Origin: Camelus dromedarius | Lineage: Eukaryota | Assembly (NCBI RefSeq): GCF_036321535.1 | Contig: NC_087436.1 | Span: 65,102,001-65,166,000 of the forward strand | Reading direction: 5' to 3' | DNA: 64,000 bases | In this document: positions 1 to 11,898 of the stretch, piece by piece | How the letters are laid out: the number at the start of each line of letters is the position of its first letter | Numbering within the stretch: position 1 is the stretch's first letter | The notes under the pieces: model-generated | What the model was told of the DNA's origin: nothing | What the model saw: only the letters and a program-made list of their open reading frames with translations | Databases searched by the model: none | Translations under genes and position numbers: made by a program

Positions 1-70
1 TAACTGAGGGACCTTGTAGAAGTTACTTGGCCTTTTTAAGCCTCAGCTTCCTTATCTATCAGAAGGATGT
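1..70 (+). mobile_element. MIR core fragment at the window edge
   Basis: gaccttgtagaagttacttggcctttttaagcctcagcttccttatctat. Confidence 0.65.
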
Positions 71-959
71 CTATAAAGAGTTTTATTTTAAAGGGACAGC
101 AAAAAATTGTATTGTAACAATTTACAATACAAGGTGGTGTGAGGTCACAATTTTTAAAGTAATTATTTTTTGATATGAGAAATAATACCATATGTTTTTG
201 GCTGGTGGTTGTGTTTCAGGTCAGAAGAAAGAATTAATGATCCGAGAAAGAAAGGAAAAGCAGTGTATCAGTGGTGGGGTCCAGGGCAAAAGTGCAGAGT
301 TTGGCTTCGGTTGGGATTTTGAACAGTTGATCTCTGGCAACTGGAGGGAACTCATTGGATACAAGTAGGGAGCCAGATCAGCTGGGAGATGTGGTAGTTA
401 GTTGGGGAATTTGTGTACTGTCTCTTCCGACTGACTTTTTTTCCCCCCAGAAGAATATGAAGAAAGGTCATCACCAGAAAGTGAGAATTGTGGGGGAGTT
501 ACTGGATGCATGGGGAGAGCAAGATCCACTATTTTATGTAACAGAACAAGTTTTTTCAGTTGCATTGAGATCTCTGGTCCACTGGTCCTGTCACTTTTTT
601 CATCATCCATCAGCCTACCCCTGGCTTCACTTTGTCTTTACCCTTTATTTCTTGGAATAGCATGATAGTCTAATCACCTCCTGGAAAGTACTCTCAACTC
701 CCTGTGCTCCTTAGGTTACATGTGCCTGGTAGGAGACACACATTGGTTCAGTGCAAGAATCTCCGTTATTTATGATTGTATTCATGCTGCTGAATGCTAT
801 AAGAGGACACTATTGGGCAAGACTGCATGATTTTTTTTTTTTTTTGGAATACTATTATACAGTTTATTAGTTCCGTAATTTTGTTTTTTTTTCCAATTTT
901 TTTACTGAAGTAGAGTAATTTTAATTACATAAACATAAACTCAGTTGGTTACTTAATAC

Positions 960-1370
960 ACCCAACTGTTTTTACCTAGAAAATTTACTTGTTCATCTCC
1001 TGACCACGATTTTTTTCCCTTTCTTGACTTACTTATGTTTCTCTCTCTTCTTTTCCTTTCACAGTAATGACTTTACCTCACACTTCACTTAGAAAATTGA
1101 AGCCATCGAATGAGACTCATTCATCTTTCCATCACCAAATTTATAAATCAACCTGCAGCTGCAACCATATTTTCTTCATTTTCACTAAAATTGTGATTGT
1201 GAGAAAGTACATCACTTTCTCAAAGGCCAAATCTTCCACATGTGTAACTGATCCTTTTCTTTCTTGTCTTTGTAAAGGCATATCTCTTCTATTTTCCATC
1301 TGTCTACTATATCATAACTCTCTCTGTTCCTTACCATTAGCACACTGCCTATTTTTTGTAAAATGAAATG
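960..1370 (+). mobile_element. LINE-2 fragment
   Basis: atgactttacctcacacttcacttagaaaattgaagccatc...aaggccaaatcttccacatgtg resembles the L2 ORF2 consensus. Confidence 0.7.
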
Positions 1371-2339
1371 CTCAGCAGTTCTTCTATTTAAATTTGCAGC
1401 CTTTAAATCAAAGATTTAATATGCTTGGTTTTCTTAAAAGTTTCAAAGATGTAGAAAAATAAATGCAACCCTTGCAATGTATCTCCATGATTCCAACCTT
1501 ATTATATCTACAAATAGTTGTAACGTAAATTATCAGTACCACACACTTATGCAATTCTCCTTTATTTTTGTACCAGTACTGCAACTGTACTTACTAAGCA
1601 AGGAAAGCTTTACTTTCCTAAGCAAGGGAGGTAGGGTAGCCATTCTGGCTATGGCTAGTTGACTCTTGATCAGAAACTGGTTGTGTCCCCAAGGTGATTG
1701 AAACTCAGCATGGCATTAATTGTATTGTGTCCCTTCTCAGTTTAAATTTTGCCAGCCACTTCAGTGGCACTTTCCAGATCCTGCCAATAGCAATGGCTTC
1801 CTTCATTTGTGGAACTTAAGTTTTCTTTTTGAAATTCATAGTCTCTGAGTCAGCAGAATTTAAGTTTCCTTTCTTTCAATTTGGCAGCATCCTTTGTATC
1901 ATTAAAAAAATAAAAACCTTTTGACCCTTGCTTAACTCCCTGAAACATTTTTGACTTAGTTTATCTAGGATAGAACAACCAAATCTTTAGGCTTTTATAC
2001 TTTTATCTTCTGTTTTAATGTGTAATCTATCAGAACCCCTAAAATAATAATGCTACAGAAATGTTCTAGCCAATCCTTATTTAAAAGTGCTTTCCAGTTA
2101 CTCCAAATATGCCTCATTTCTTTATTCATCTTACTGTTCCTAATTCTTGATAGAGCTATTGTATAACCTGTGTCTACTTTTATACCTAAGTTAAGGAAGA
2201 ATAACATTCCTACTTCACTCTGAAGATTATTTTTATTATACTGGTAGTCCTCCTCACTTAATCTTCTACTTAAGATGAGTGATATATGCTATTGGTGATT
2301 TTGGGAAAAGGAACTAATTAAATTAGTTAAGAGTACATG

Positions 2340-4351
2340 TTAAATTTCTGTAAAACAGACCAAAACCCTGTAAAGACTCATTCGATCTAACAAGTTTATT
2401 TCTCTTTCAATTTTTGGCGTAAAGTTGGCACAAGTTCCAAGGGTATTAAGCATGCTGGCTGAGGGGCATCTATTATCTTCAGCACATGGTTTCTATTTCT
2501 TAACTTAAAAGTATCTGTTTCAGGTATCACCATTTCCCAGCAAGCAGTAAGGGGAAAGAGGAAACGAAGGGAAATACGGTTTCCTTTTAAAGATGTTACC
2601 TGTGTGTTACACATATCCCTTCTATTTTAAATCCAGTTGAGACTGTAGCCACTTAACAAGAGAAACTGAGAAATTTTCTTTATTTGGATTTTTGTGGCTC
2701 AGAATCAAAGAGAAGGGTGGGTTGTAAAGGTTGTAGTCAGATGGGTGAATGGGTAGTAAGGGATGATGAGCAGTTTCTTTTCCTCTGGCCACTGAAGTGT
2801 AAATGTATATCATTTCCCACATTTCTCTCCAAAAAGATAGGACACAGTTCCATTCTGCATAAAGTCCACTATCTCTTGGTAATAAGTAATTCTCTCCACT
2901 GAGTCTGGATGTTACTTTTCAAGGTCTGGTGACATATACATTAATAGATGAATTACTTCCTTCACTCTCTAGTCCTACTACACACACACACACACACACA
3001 CCCCTCCCTAATGCACAGTATAATGGAAACAGAGTATTGGCGATAAAGCCCTATTTTGACCATTTGGAATTGGAAAGAATAGGCAACACCTAGCCCTCAC
3101 TAGTTCATAATAATGATTAACTCCTGTTGGACAGGAATTATGAAGACTTCCCCAATTGGCAGTGGAAAATTTCCTTGGTTAGACCTTGTTCTTGTCTGAT
3201 TTGTCCATTGTCCTCATTGGTTTTTGGCTTGCCTTCTGAAGCTTCCTTCATGTCTACTATGTAGTTATTGTTTTTAATCATTTGTGCTTTTATTTATTTA
3301 CACTGTTAGGTCCATTCTTCCTTCCTCAGAGTAACTGAGGCTACATGAGGCTATTTTGTACGAAAAAAAAGTCTTGATAGAAAGAAACATCATAGTGTGA
3401 TTTTTGCCATCATATCTAACTGAGAAATCTTAGTGAGATGTATTAGAAAAAGGCTCTGGAAAGTAATTTTATCTTTTTTGAGTAGAGTTATACAGAAAAA
3501 GTAATATTTTCAATACTGTTAGGTACTCAGACTCTAGACTTACAGTTAATTCAAATTGCAAACACAGGACAAGAAAATGTTCTTTGGAAGCAAAATTTTT
3601 CATTTTGTCTCTGTTTGAAACCTGGCTAATTCTTGTCTATCTTCATTAGTCTCTTTCAGGATCTAGCTAAAAGCAACCAGTTAAAGTCACAGAGTAGAGC
3701 ACAATTACCTTTTCTGAACTACTTATTAGTTTGAAAAGCATGTGATTTGCCTTCCACACTACTGTAGCCGACTAGATATTTTGTCATGACACAATAAGGG
3801 TAACCAAGTTTTAAAGCTAAAATTTTCGTGTTCTTGATGCTCACAGCCCATGTGAGAAGCCAGTGCTTCATTTCAGATTTTTATTATAGCAGCATGGCAT
3901 TGCTAAATTCCAAATTCTGTATTAATTAAAATACAGTCAGTCAAACAAGGGAAAATTTATCTTTCACATAAGAGTCCAGAGGGCTATGAAGCTTCCAGGG
4001 TAGTTAGGTAACTGATCCAAAAGTTGTTCCAGAGATTCGGGCTGGTGAAGTGGCTCTGCTTCCTGAGACATGTAGTTTCCATCTCTGATATGCTATTTGT
4101 TTCCATCTCTCTGAACCCAGACGAGGAAGAGAAAGTAGATGATAATATATTTTTGTTTTAAGAATATGACCTGGAATTTGTTCATTTCACTTTGTTGCTT
4201 AATCTGGACCATACTGGAAGCAAGAAATGGTGGGCAGTTTGGTCTCTAGCTAGACATCCATTTGTCTTGCTAAATTCAGTGGGGAGGAGGTACAGTTCTA
4301 AGGTTATGAAAGGAAATGTGACACTGGGAGTCAATTAATAGTCTCCACCAT
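2340..4351 (-). mobile_element. Older MaLR (MLT1J/K-like) LTR-internal-LTR remnant
   Basis: LTR-like blocks at ~2340-2790 and ~3918-4351 flank MLT1-int-like sequence (catgtgatttgccttccaca..., ttccaaattctgtatta junction). Highly diverged. Confidence 0.5.
2981..3000. repeat. (CA)10 microsatellite
   Basis: Read directly. Confidence 0.95.
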
Positions 4352-4779
4352 ATCTACCTAGAGGATAGATGCATTCTTCTACTTCTCATGCTCTCTATAT
4401 AGGAAATTTGTTGGAACTGAGGCCCAAGATCTGTCATTTAAAGACTCTTGAAAGTCAGATTCTCTATGTACTGACTTAAAAGGATTGAAGGGACTGAGAC
4501 AACTATTTTTTTTTCTTACACATAGGTAAATGAAGTCTGTTCTGCAGATCCAGTCTACCCTGTGGATATATTCTATGTTTTATAAGAAAAGGAAAATGTA
4601 AGGATGCATATATTGGCCACAGGTCTAGCTTTAGTTTCCATTTGAGCTTTACTAGTTATAAATTTGTCATTTTGATCTTAATAGCTCTTGATCCTAGGTG
4701 TATTTCATTCTGAAATTGGTAAGGAAGAGATGGGTGAATTTATCAGTTCTCTCAAACTTCACAATCTCCTATTTATTCT

Positions 4780-5100
4780 TTAGCATATGTTTCTGACCTG
4801 GCAGTAGCTCCTTTGCTCTACTGAAATTTTTCATATCTAGTTCACCAATGGTCTTCATGTTGCCTCAATCCATAGATGTCTTTCAGGCCTCAACTTACTC
4901 AACCTTTTAGTGGTTCTTGACAGAGTTAGCTATTTGTTTTCTTTTTAATTATTTTCTTACTTGTTCATATGATTTCATATTTTCCTAATATTCCTACTAT
5001 CTCACTGATTGATTCTTCCTCTTTTTTGCCTCTTCTTTATTTAAACTCTAATTTTTATAGTCCTGAGGAGTTGGTTCTGAGATTTTTTTCATATTAACTC
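4780..5100 (+). mobile_element. LINE-2 fragment, interrupted by the MaLR at 5101
   Basis: ctctactgaaat...tcaccaatggtcttcatgttgcctcaatcc...cctcaacttactcaacc...ttgacagagtt resembles the L2 RT region. Confidence 0.65.
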
Positions 5101-7690
5101 TGTGATAAGTTGTATTACTGTTTACAAACGTTTGTTCTCCCTTCCTCTATTATTACTAACCTCCCAATGTATGATTATAATTTTTCATCCCATTGGCCAA
5201 GTGACTAACTTTTGCCAACTTATGTGAGAAGATTTGCCATATGTTGTCCCTGAGCAGGAGCTATATGCACAGTGGCATATTCTGGCTTATCTTCTCTTGC
5301 TTTTCCCCTCTGGTATGAGAAAAGTCATGGAGCTGTCCCAATCTACAGCTGGCTTGTAGAATTGGAGGACAAATGTAGAAGACTCAAATCTCCCCTACAA
5401 ACTAGAGTAGAGGGACAGCCATCCTACAAAATCCATGTAAAAAAGAGCAAAAACCCTTCATTTTTGTTGGTTTGGGGGATGTTTGTTACACAACATAGAT
5501 TATCAAAGCTGACTAACACAGACATTGTACTGCTAAAACAAAAATTTATAACACTTGACATTGGCTTTGGGGCCAATAAAAGGAAGAAAAAAATTCCAAA
5601 AAAAGTGTTATTAGAAACTAGAAAATGATGCTCTATATCATGCAATGAGAAAGAAAAATAGAATCATTAATTGTGATCATTTGGAAGGTAGCTAATGTGT
5701 CTAATAAAACTGTGGCTTAGACCTGTAAGGTTTGGAAAGTAAATGTTATTATGAGGGTTAGGTATTATGCTATGTTGGATAAAATGCTACAGCAAGAAAT
5801 GAGCTCAGAAAAAAAAAAAACAGTTGCTTGTTTCAAGGAAGGATAAAAAAGAAACTAGAGTTTTGACTACCTGAGACTTGAAGGGCTAGGAAATATAATG
5901 GGTTCTCTTCTCTAAACAGTAAATATAAAATTGAGAAATGTTTAGAAACCCAATGACTTATTAAGATGCATCCTTAGGCCAAAGACCAAATCCTGGGCAT
6001 AGCCATTAAAACACATGCTTAAGGGAAATCACGTCATGAGCATGGTTTAACTCTTTGTTAAAATCTCTGAATAGATTATTTTATTTATTTCACATAAAAA
6101 AAAACAAAAAAATTTTTGAGAGATTTGTACTTTTAAAGTCACTGCTAGCCTGTATTAAAAGAATTTGTGTCTTTTAATAGATATGTAAGTGAACTTTTGA
6201 TATGTAAAATGAACTTTTGGCATCCAAATCTCTATTGGAAAGAAAAAGAAAATTCTCATCATGTGTTGCCAAGGAGACTAATCAAAAGGAAACTTTCCAG
6301 AGGGCAAGCCTTAGACCTATGGAGAAAAATGAACTGAGGAATTCCTCCCAGTGGGCAGAGCCATAAACTAATTGAGGAACATGCTCAACTACAAAGAAGA
6401 GGGAACTCTGCGAGGTTTGTCTAGCTGAATTTCAGATATCTATGGACCAGTGATTGAATGCTCTGTGTCTTTCACCATTCTCTTTTCAAATGCTAATGCT
6501 TTTTGGTAGATATTCCACCATTTTATGATGGATGTTTGAGCTAGAGGAGGGCCATCATTTAGATATAAAGTAGAAATTATTACAAAGTGATGGATTTACA
6601 GCCTGATGCCATGACTGGATAAGACATTTAGGATGTTTTCCTTGGGGTGTGTTTTCTGTGCAGAGGAAAGGGAAACAAATATTTATAACAAAAAGGGCAG
6701 ATTGTGTTAATAGATTATTTTTGCAAATATTTACTTTTCCTCTCCTCCCCCAAGCCCTGCATTTGGAGAAGTTTGTTTTCCTCATTCCATTTTTTAAAAA
6801 ATTTGCCATGAGACTTAATTTGGCCAAAGAATATCAATAGCCATGATGTTTAGCAAACTAGAGCATTCAGTGTGATTGCATGGAATATCTTATTCTTGAT
6901 TGTGCTTTTGTTAGGTAGTTAGATAAGTAGGGGCACTGGGCAGAAAAATGGAGGAGAGGGAGGATGGTCCAGAAGATGGTGTTAGGCCCACCTGCAGCAT
7001 AAAGGGATTTTACTTCTTTAAATGAGTGCCAGCAAGAAACTGGTTAGAACCTGACAGCCACAATTGCAGGGTCACAGCAAGGACTTAATCAGACATGACC
7101 CAATGTTCATTGTATTATAAATAATATTGTAGTTTAGGCCCCCACCATGGATTTTTCTGTGTACACCATGGGTAAGGACATGCGCAAAGGGGCCAAACAT
7201 GACTAAGCATTCCAGGGACAAGAGCTGTCAATCAATCAAGAGACCACCTCTAAGCAAGGATCTAAGAGAAAGGGGAAACAAAACCCTCCGCTTTTCCTCC
7301 CTTGGATTAGCCTGCCTCCAGTTCTTGGAGGTGTACTTCTCCTTTTTTATTTTTATTTTATTTTGTTCATTAAATTTTTTCTTTTCCTTTTTAAAATAAA
7401 TTTTAAAAAATCTTTTGCTAAACAACATAACTTCTCCTGACTAAACTTATCTTTCGGGTATGACAAGAACTGGGGTCTTTGCATTTTGGAGTAGCACTTT
7501 TACACAAGAAAAACGTAACTGGTTTAGAAGTTGCTCTTGAATCTACATCCCAGAATGAGAAGACACATGGAGAAGAGAATCAGAGAACCTATCGCCTATA
7601 TATATAATCATGAGCAAGGAATGAACTTAAGTTGTAAATTTCTGAGATTTGGCGGTTGTATGTTTCACAGCATAAGCATATCTTAATATC
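5101..7690 (+). mobile_element. MaLR provirus (MLT1H/G-like): LTR 5101-5520, internal 5521-~6703, LTR ~6704-7690 interrupted by the ERV1 LTR
   Basis: 5' LTR starts TGTG and ends tttgttacacaacatag...gctgactaacaca, a typical MLT1 terminus. About 1.2 kb of MLT1-int-like sequence follows, then a second LTR-like block ending ctgagatttggcggttgtatgtttcacagcata. Confidence 0.7.
6909..7496 (+). mobile_element. ERV1-class solo LTR (MER41/MER4-group-like)
   Basis: Starts TGTTAGG and ends GTAGCA, with 4-bp TSD CTTT (6905-6908 and 7497-7500) and an AATAAA near 7395. Homologous in reverse orientation to 11357-11898. Confidence 0.85.
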
Positions 7691-7739
7691 TAGCTACCAA
7701 GTACATTTCTCATGTTTCGGAAATTTCTTACTTGAAATT

Positions 7740-8080
7740 TCCTCCAGTCCAAGGTAGAAGCTGGATATTTACTCTCCTAGACTCATTTGTAGCAAAGTGG
7801 TGTCACATGGGACCTGTGTTTAGTTAAGGGTGGCAATGGAGGCTTTTAGGACCAATGATGAGGGAGAATCAGGAACCAGAGCCCAGGATCACTGGGCCAA
7901 GAGAGGTTTCTGATCCCAGAAGCAGTGACAGTGGTTCTTCATTGGCACAGTCCTGCTGTGTGGTTTGGGCATATACTTTTCTCATGGCCTTCAAGCCTGT
8001 TTTCTCTGTCTTCCAAAAAGTCTGTGAACTATCTAATAAGACAGTAAGACACTTTACTTCTTTAATTTGCTAGCAGGTAT
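7740..8080 (+). mobile_element. ERVL LTR fragment (LTR33/LTR16-like)
   Basis: agcagtgacagtggttc...gtcctgctgtgtggtttgggcat resembles the LTR33 group. Confidence 0.45.
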
Positions 8081-8199
8081 TCTAAGTTTCTTTCTTTCTC
8101 TTTTCCCTTCTCTCTCCCTTCTTTCCTTCCTCTCTCCCTCCCTTCTTCCCTTGTTCCTTTGGCATGATCCATGAATGAATCACCCTATTTCCTATGTCA

Positions 8200-8660
8200 T
8201 AGTTAAACCCTACATTGGAATTTCTCCATAGTCTAGATACAATGAACTTCTGACACATTCTAGAACACTGTATTTTGACAAACAAAGCCTTTGCCTATGC
8301 TGTGCTATTTGCCAGGGCATCTTCCCATAACTTTTCTTAAGGCTGTCTTCTCATCTTTTAAATTTCAACTTGAATGTGTTCTATAAGGTGTTCTGCTCTG
8401 ATTAACATATAAGAATGCTACCTCCGTATCCCCTTCACCATCCAAATTTGTAATTCTCTCAGAGCATCTTTTCTATTTATTTCTTCCATAAAACCAAAAA
8501 CTATAATTATTTTGTTTTCTGGTTTATTTTCTGTTTCCTGGACTAGAATATAAGCTTATTGATCTCACCATATATTGGTCAGTGTTTATCTCCAGGTCTC
8601 ATCAAAATATATATTGCATGGTAGAAACTTAATGCAAATTTTTGAATGAATGAGTGAATA
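8200..8660 (+). mobile_element. LINE-2 3' end
   Basis: gcctttgcctatgctgtg...actagaatataagct...tatctccagg...ttttgaatgaatgagtgaa, the characteristic L2 tail. Confidence 0.7.
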
Positions 8661-9582
8661 GATGGGTGAGTGGGAACAGGTGGGGACTGAGAAATGTGAT
8701 GAAGTATGGCCAAGGATATTGAAGTAGTGTTTAAAGTCCAGCTGTGGCTGGAGAATATTAATGTGTAAAACATCCACATTTTTATGCTCTTCTTTTTTCT
8801 CTGGTGTAGCTTGGCAACAAAGGTATAGGAGCGGAAAAAGGAGGTTTGGCTATAATCCAGCATTAGGGCTTTTTTGTTATGCAGATAAGGTAAAAGAAAG
8901 GAATACAAGGAAATTGGGGATATTTATGAGCAAGCAGTTTAGGTAATTTACAATACAATCCAGGCTGGGTTGAGAGTTTTGAAAGAGGCTGCTGATAGAT
9001 TGGAGAAAATGGGGGAATCAAAAGAGGTGAAGCCCAAATGTAGCACAATTAAGGGAGTCAGAACAGTAGAGGATAGCAGTTATAATCAAAGTACAGTGCA
9101 TTACATCTTGAATTTTCTGAGGCAAGTGATGATTATTTCTAGAATGTAGACATGTCTGAAAAGTACTGAAATGAAATAGATGTGAAATTCACTAAAGATC
9201 AAGGAAAGGAGAGGATGGCTTTTGGATGACTCTTCTAGATTTTGAAATCAGCCAGGGTAACTGTTGCTACTTTATTTTCTAAAGCTCAACTTTTCCATTA
9301 TTGAATAATCCAAATCGATGCAATGCACCAGAAATTTGTTAATCATACAATCCAGGCTATAGTTAGTCCTTCTGTTATCTCTGTGTGAATTAGGTAAAGT
9401 ACCCTTTCCTCTGGACAGAGAAATCCCTGAACATGAGTGCACAGTTTGGGAAACAGCATGGATTGTGTTACAGGTCTCACTGTTTGGTACTTCTGTGCTT
9501 GGCACATCTTGTACAAACATACATTGTGACCCCAAAAGCATATGAAAGAAACTGTCAGGGGAGAGGAAAGGAATGGTAAGGA

Positions 9583-9775
9583 ATATTACTGAGTCCCTAA
9601 CAGATACCAGCCATCGTGCTAAGGGTTTTAAACATATTACCTCTTCATTCTCACCGCAATCACGTATAGTCAGACATTATCTCAGTGTTCCAAGTGATGA
9701 AATAGAGTTTCAATAATGTAAGTAGTCTGTCCAAGTTTTAGAAGTTTTATTAAGTAGAACTGTAGTATGATCCTT
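9583..9775 (-). mobile_element. MIR SINE, split by an MLT1 LTR (remainder ~10265-10305)
   Basis: tactgagtccctaacagataccagccatcgtgctaagggtttta...gatgaaatagag is antisense MIR. Confidence 0.6.
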
Positions 9776-9794
9776 TTCAGTTTTTTTTTTTTCT

Positions 9795-10260
9795 GTTCAC
9801 CAAATGGATGCCAAAGTACATGGCTTAAAGCAGTACATTTTCATTTTTTCTTGTAATTCTGTATGTTGTCTGGACAGTTCTTTCAGTCTGGATCAGTTTG
9901 ATTAGGAAGAGATTGAATAGTCTAGGAGGCCTCATTCACAGATTTGGGATGGGTGGAGTGTCTGGGAAAGCTTGGGACCTCTCTCCATGTTGTTTTCCAT
10001 CATTCAGGAAGTTAGCCTTAGCTTGTTCACGTGGTGGAGGGATTTTAATACCGAGAGATGGCAACCACTCACTACTCAAACACTTTTTATGACTCTACAT
10101 TGTATTGTTTAATGTTCCATCGAGTAAAGCAAGTTATATGGTTAAGCTTAAATGGAGAACATTTCTCAACTTCTTAATAGGAAGAAAGTCAACGTCATAT
10201 TGCCAAGGGGCATGCATGTGGGAAAGGGAGGAATTTGTGGGCATTTTTAAACCTAGTATA
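9795..10260 (-). mobile_element. MLT1 (F/G/H-like) solo LTR
   Basis: ggcttaaagcagtac...taattctgtatgttgtctggacagttcttt...tttaatgttccatcgagtaaagcaagttatatgg...catattgccaaggggcatg. Confidence 0.65.
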
Positions 10261-10864
10261 TGAACCTAACTTCAAACTCATGCTCTTTCTACCATATCAC
10301 ATTGTTTACCTACTGTTCTTATTCATTCTAAGGTGAAGACAACATTGCTCAAGCCCTTGTGGAACTGTGTAAATAAAAGGAAACTGATATTTATTTATAA
10401 CTTACATTACATACTTACCTCCATCCGAGGAATTTCTCATTATCTCTATATCACATTAGGGAGCTAGTAGTTGGGGAAAAATGCCCCTTTTCAGGAGGTC
10501 AAGAAATTATTAAACAGTTTAAATTATGTTTTAGAAATTCAAATTAAGTACTACAGAATGAAGTAAATGACTATAGCGATATCTATAGATCTATAAGTTT
10601 GATCAAAAAAATTTAGGCCATCTTTTTGGATAATCAGCTTTTCCTCCCAAAGATGCTATTACATAATAAAATAGAGTTAATTTCAGGCTGTAAAATATGG
10701 CCACCATTGTAACCACGAAATAGTCTGAGAAAAAATATTTGTACATAACATTTGACCAATTACCTATAGACAAATTGGAGATAATATGGATGGGTGGATA
10801 CCATAATAATTTTAAAAATTCTTTCAGGATGGTCTTGATAGGTCTGATAAATACAGTTTGATTT

Positions 10865-11115
10865 AATTAGTACTATTTATACCAAGTGGCAATCATTGAG
10901 TTAGATGCCTTCCACAGATTTTCTTTTTTAATCCTCAAAATAACATGAAGCAGGTAATATTATAGCTCTTATTTCACATACAAAAAAATCTCTGAGGAAC
11001 AGGAAATTTATGTAACTTTCCCATAGTCCTATAGTTAGCTAAATGGTACAGCTAAAATTTTAGTCCAGAAGCTTTACTCCAGGGTTTGAACGTTTAACTA
11101 ATAAATTTTTCCTGC
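10865..11115 (-). mobile_element. MIR SINE
   Basis: tttaatcctcaaaataacatgaagcaggtaatattatagctcttatttcac...agttagctaaatggtacagct. Confidence 0.65.
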
Positions 11116-11356
11116 TTCAGTTTACATCAGCTATTTTTATGATTACTTACTTAATGGTCACATCGATCACATCAACATCCATTAAACCTTTAAGATAGCT
11201 CAAGTTCTTTGCTGATAATACCATCATGGCCAAGAATAAAGATCACCAACTCAAAGAGATTACTGCTGCTCTTGTTACTCCATTTGAGGAGAAAAATTCA
11301 GAAATACACTGTGGGGCATTCTTCAAATTCTGTCAAATATTATTCTGCTCTGCTTC

Positions 11357-11898
11357 TGTTACCCCAAAAGTGGAAGGGAAAAGTTCTCATGTTACTCAAA
11401 AGATAAGAATTCAGATGGGAGACTGAAGCATTGTGTAGCAAAATATTTTAAGGGTTTTATTGCAAAGAGAAAGTATACCTCCAAGAATGGGAGATGGACT
11501 GATTCAAGGGTGGACAGCAATAGTCTTTGTTTGCCCCTTCTCTTATACCCTTACTTAGAGGTAATCTCTTGATTGATTGATGGCTTTTGCTCCTGGAGTG
11601 CTTAGTCATGCTCATTCCCTTTTGCAAATCTCCTTACCCATGATGCACACAGGAAAACCCATGGGCCTAAACCTCAATGCTAATTATATTACAATGAGCA
11701 TTGTAATATGATCATGTCTGATTAGATCCTTGTCACTACCTTTGTGGCTGTTGGGTGCTGATTGGTTACTTGATGGTATGCATTTAGAGGAAGTAAAGCC
11801 CCCTTATGCTGAAGGCAGGCATACTGCCATCTTCCAGACCATCCTCCCTCTTCTCCACCTTATCTGCCCGGTGCCCCCACCTACCTAACTACCTATTA
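11357..11898 (-). mobile_element. ERV1-class solo LTR, same family as 6909-7496
   Basis: Minus strand ends ...GGGGTAACA. 4-bp TSD CTTC (11353-11356 and 11899-11902). Shares blocks with the first LTR (agagggaggatggtc, taatcagacatga, catgggtaagga, catgactaagca, tcaatcaatcaagaga, ttcttggaggt). Confidence 0.85.

Noticed and set aside
6909..11898. A single ERV provirus bounded by the two LTRs
   Set aside because: The LTRs are inverted, have different TSDs, and enclose L2, MIR and MLT1 rather than gag, pol or env.
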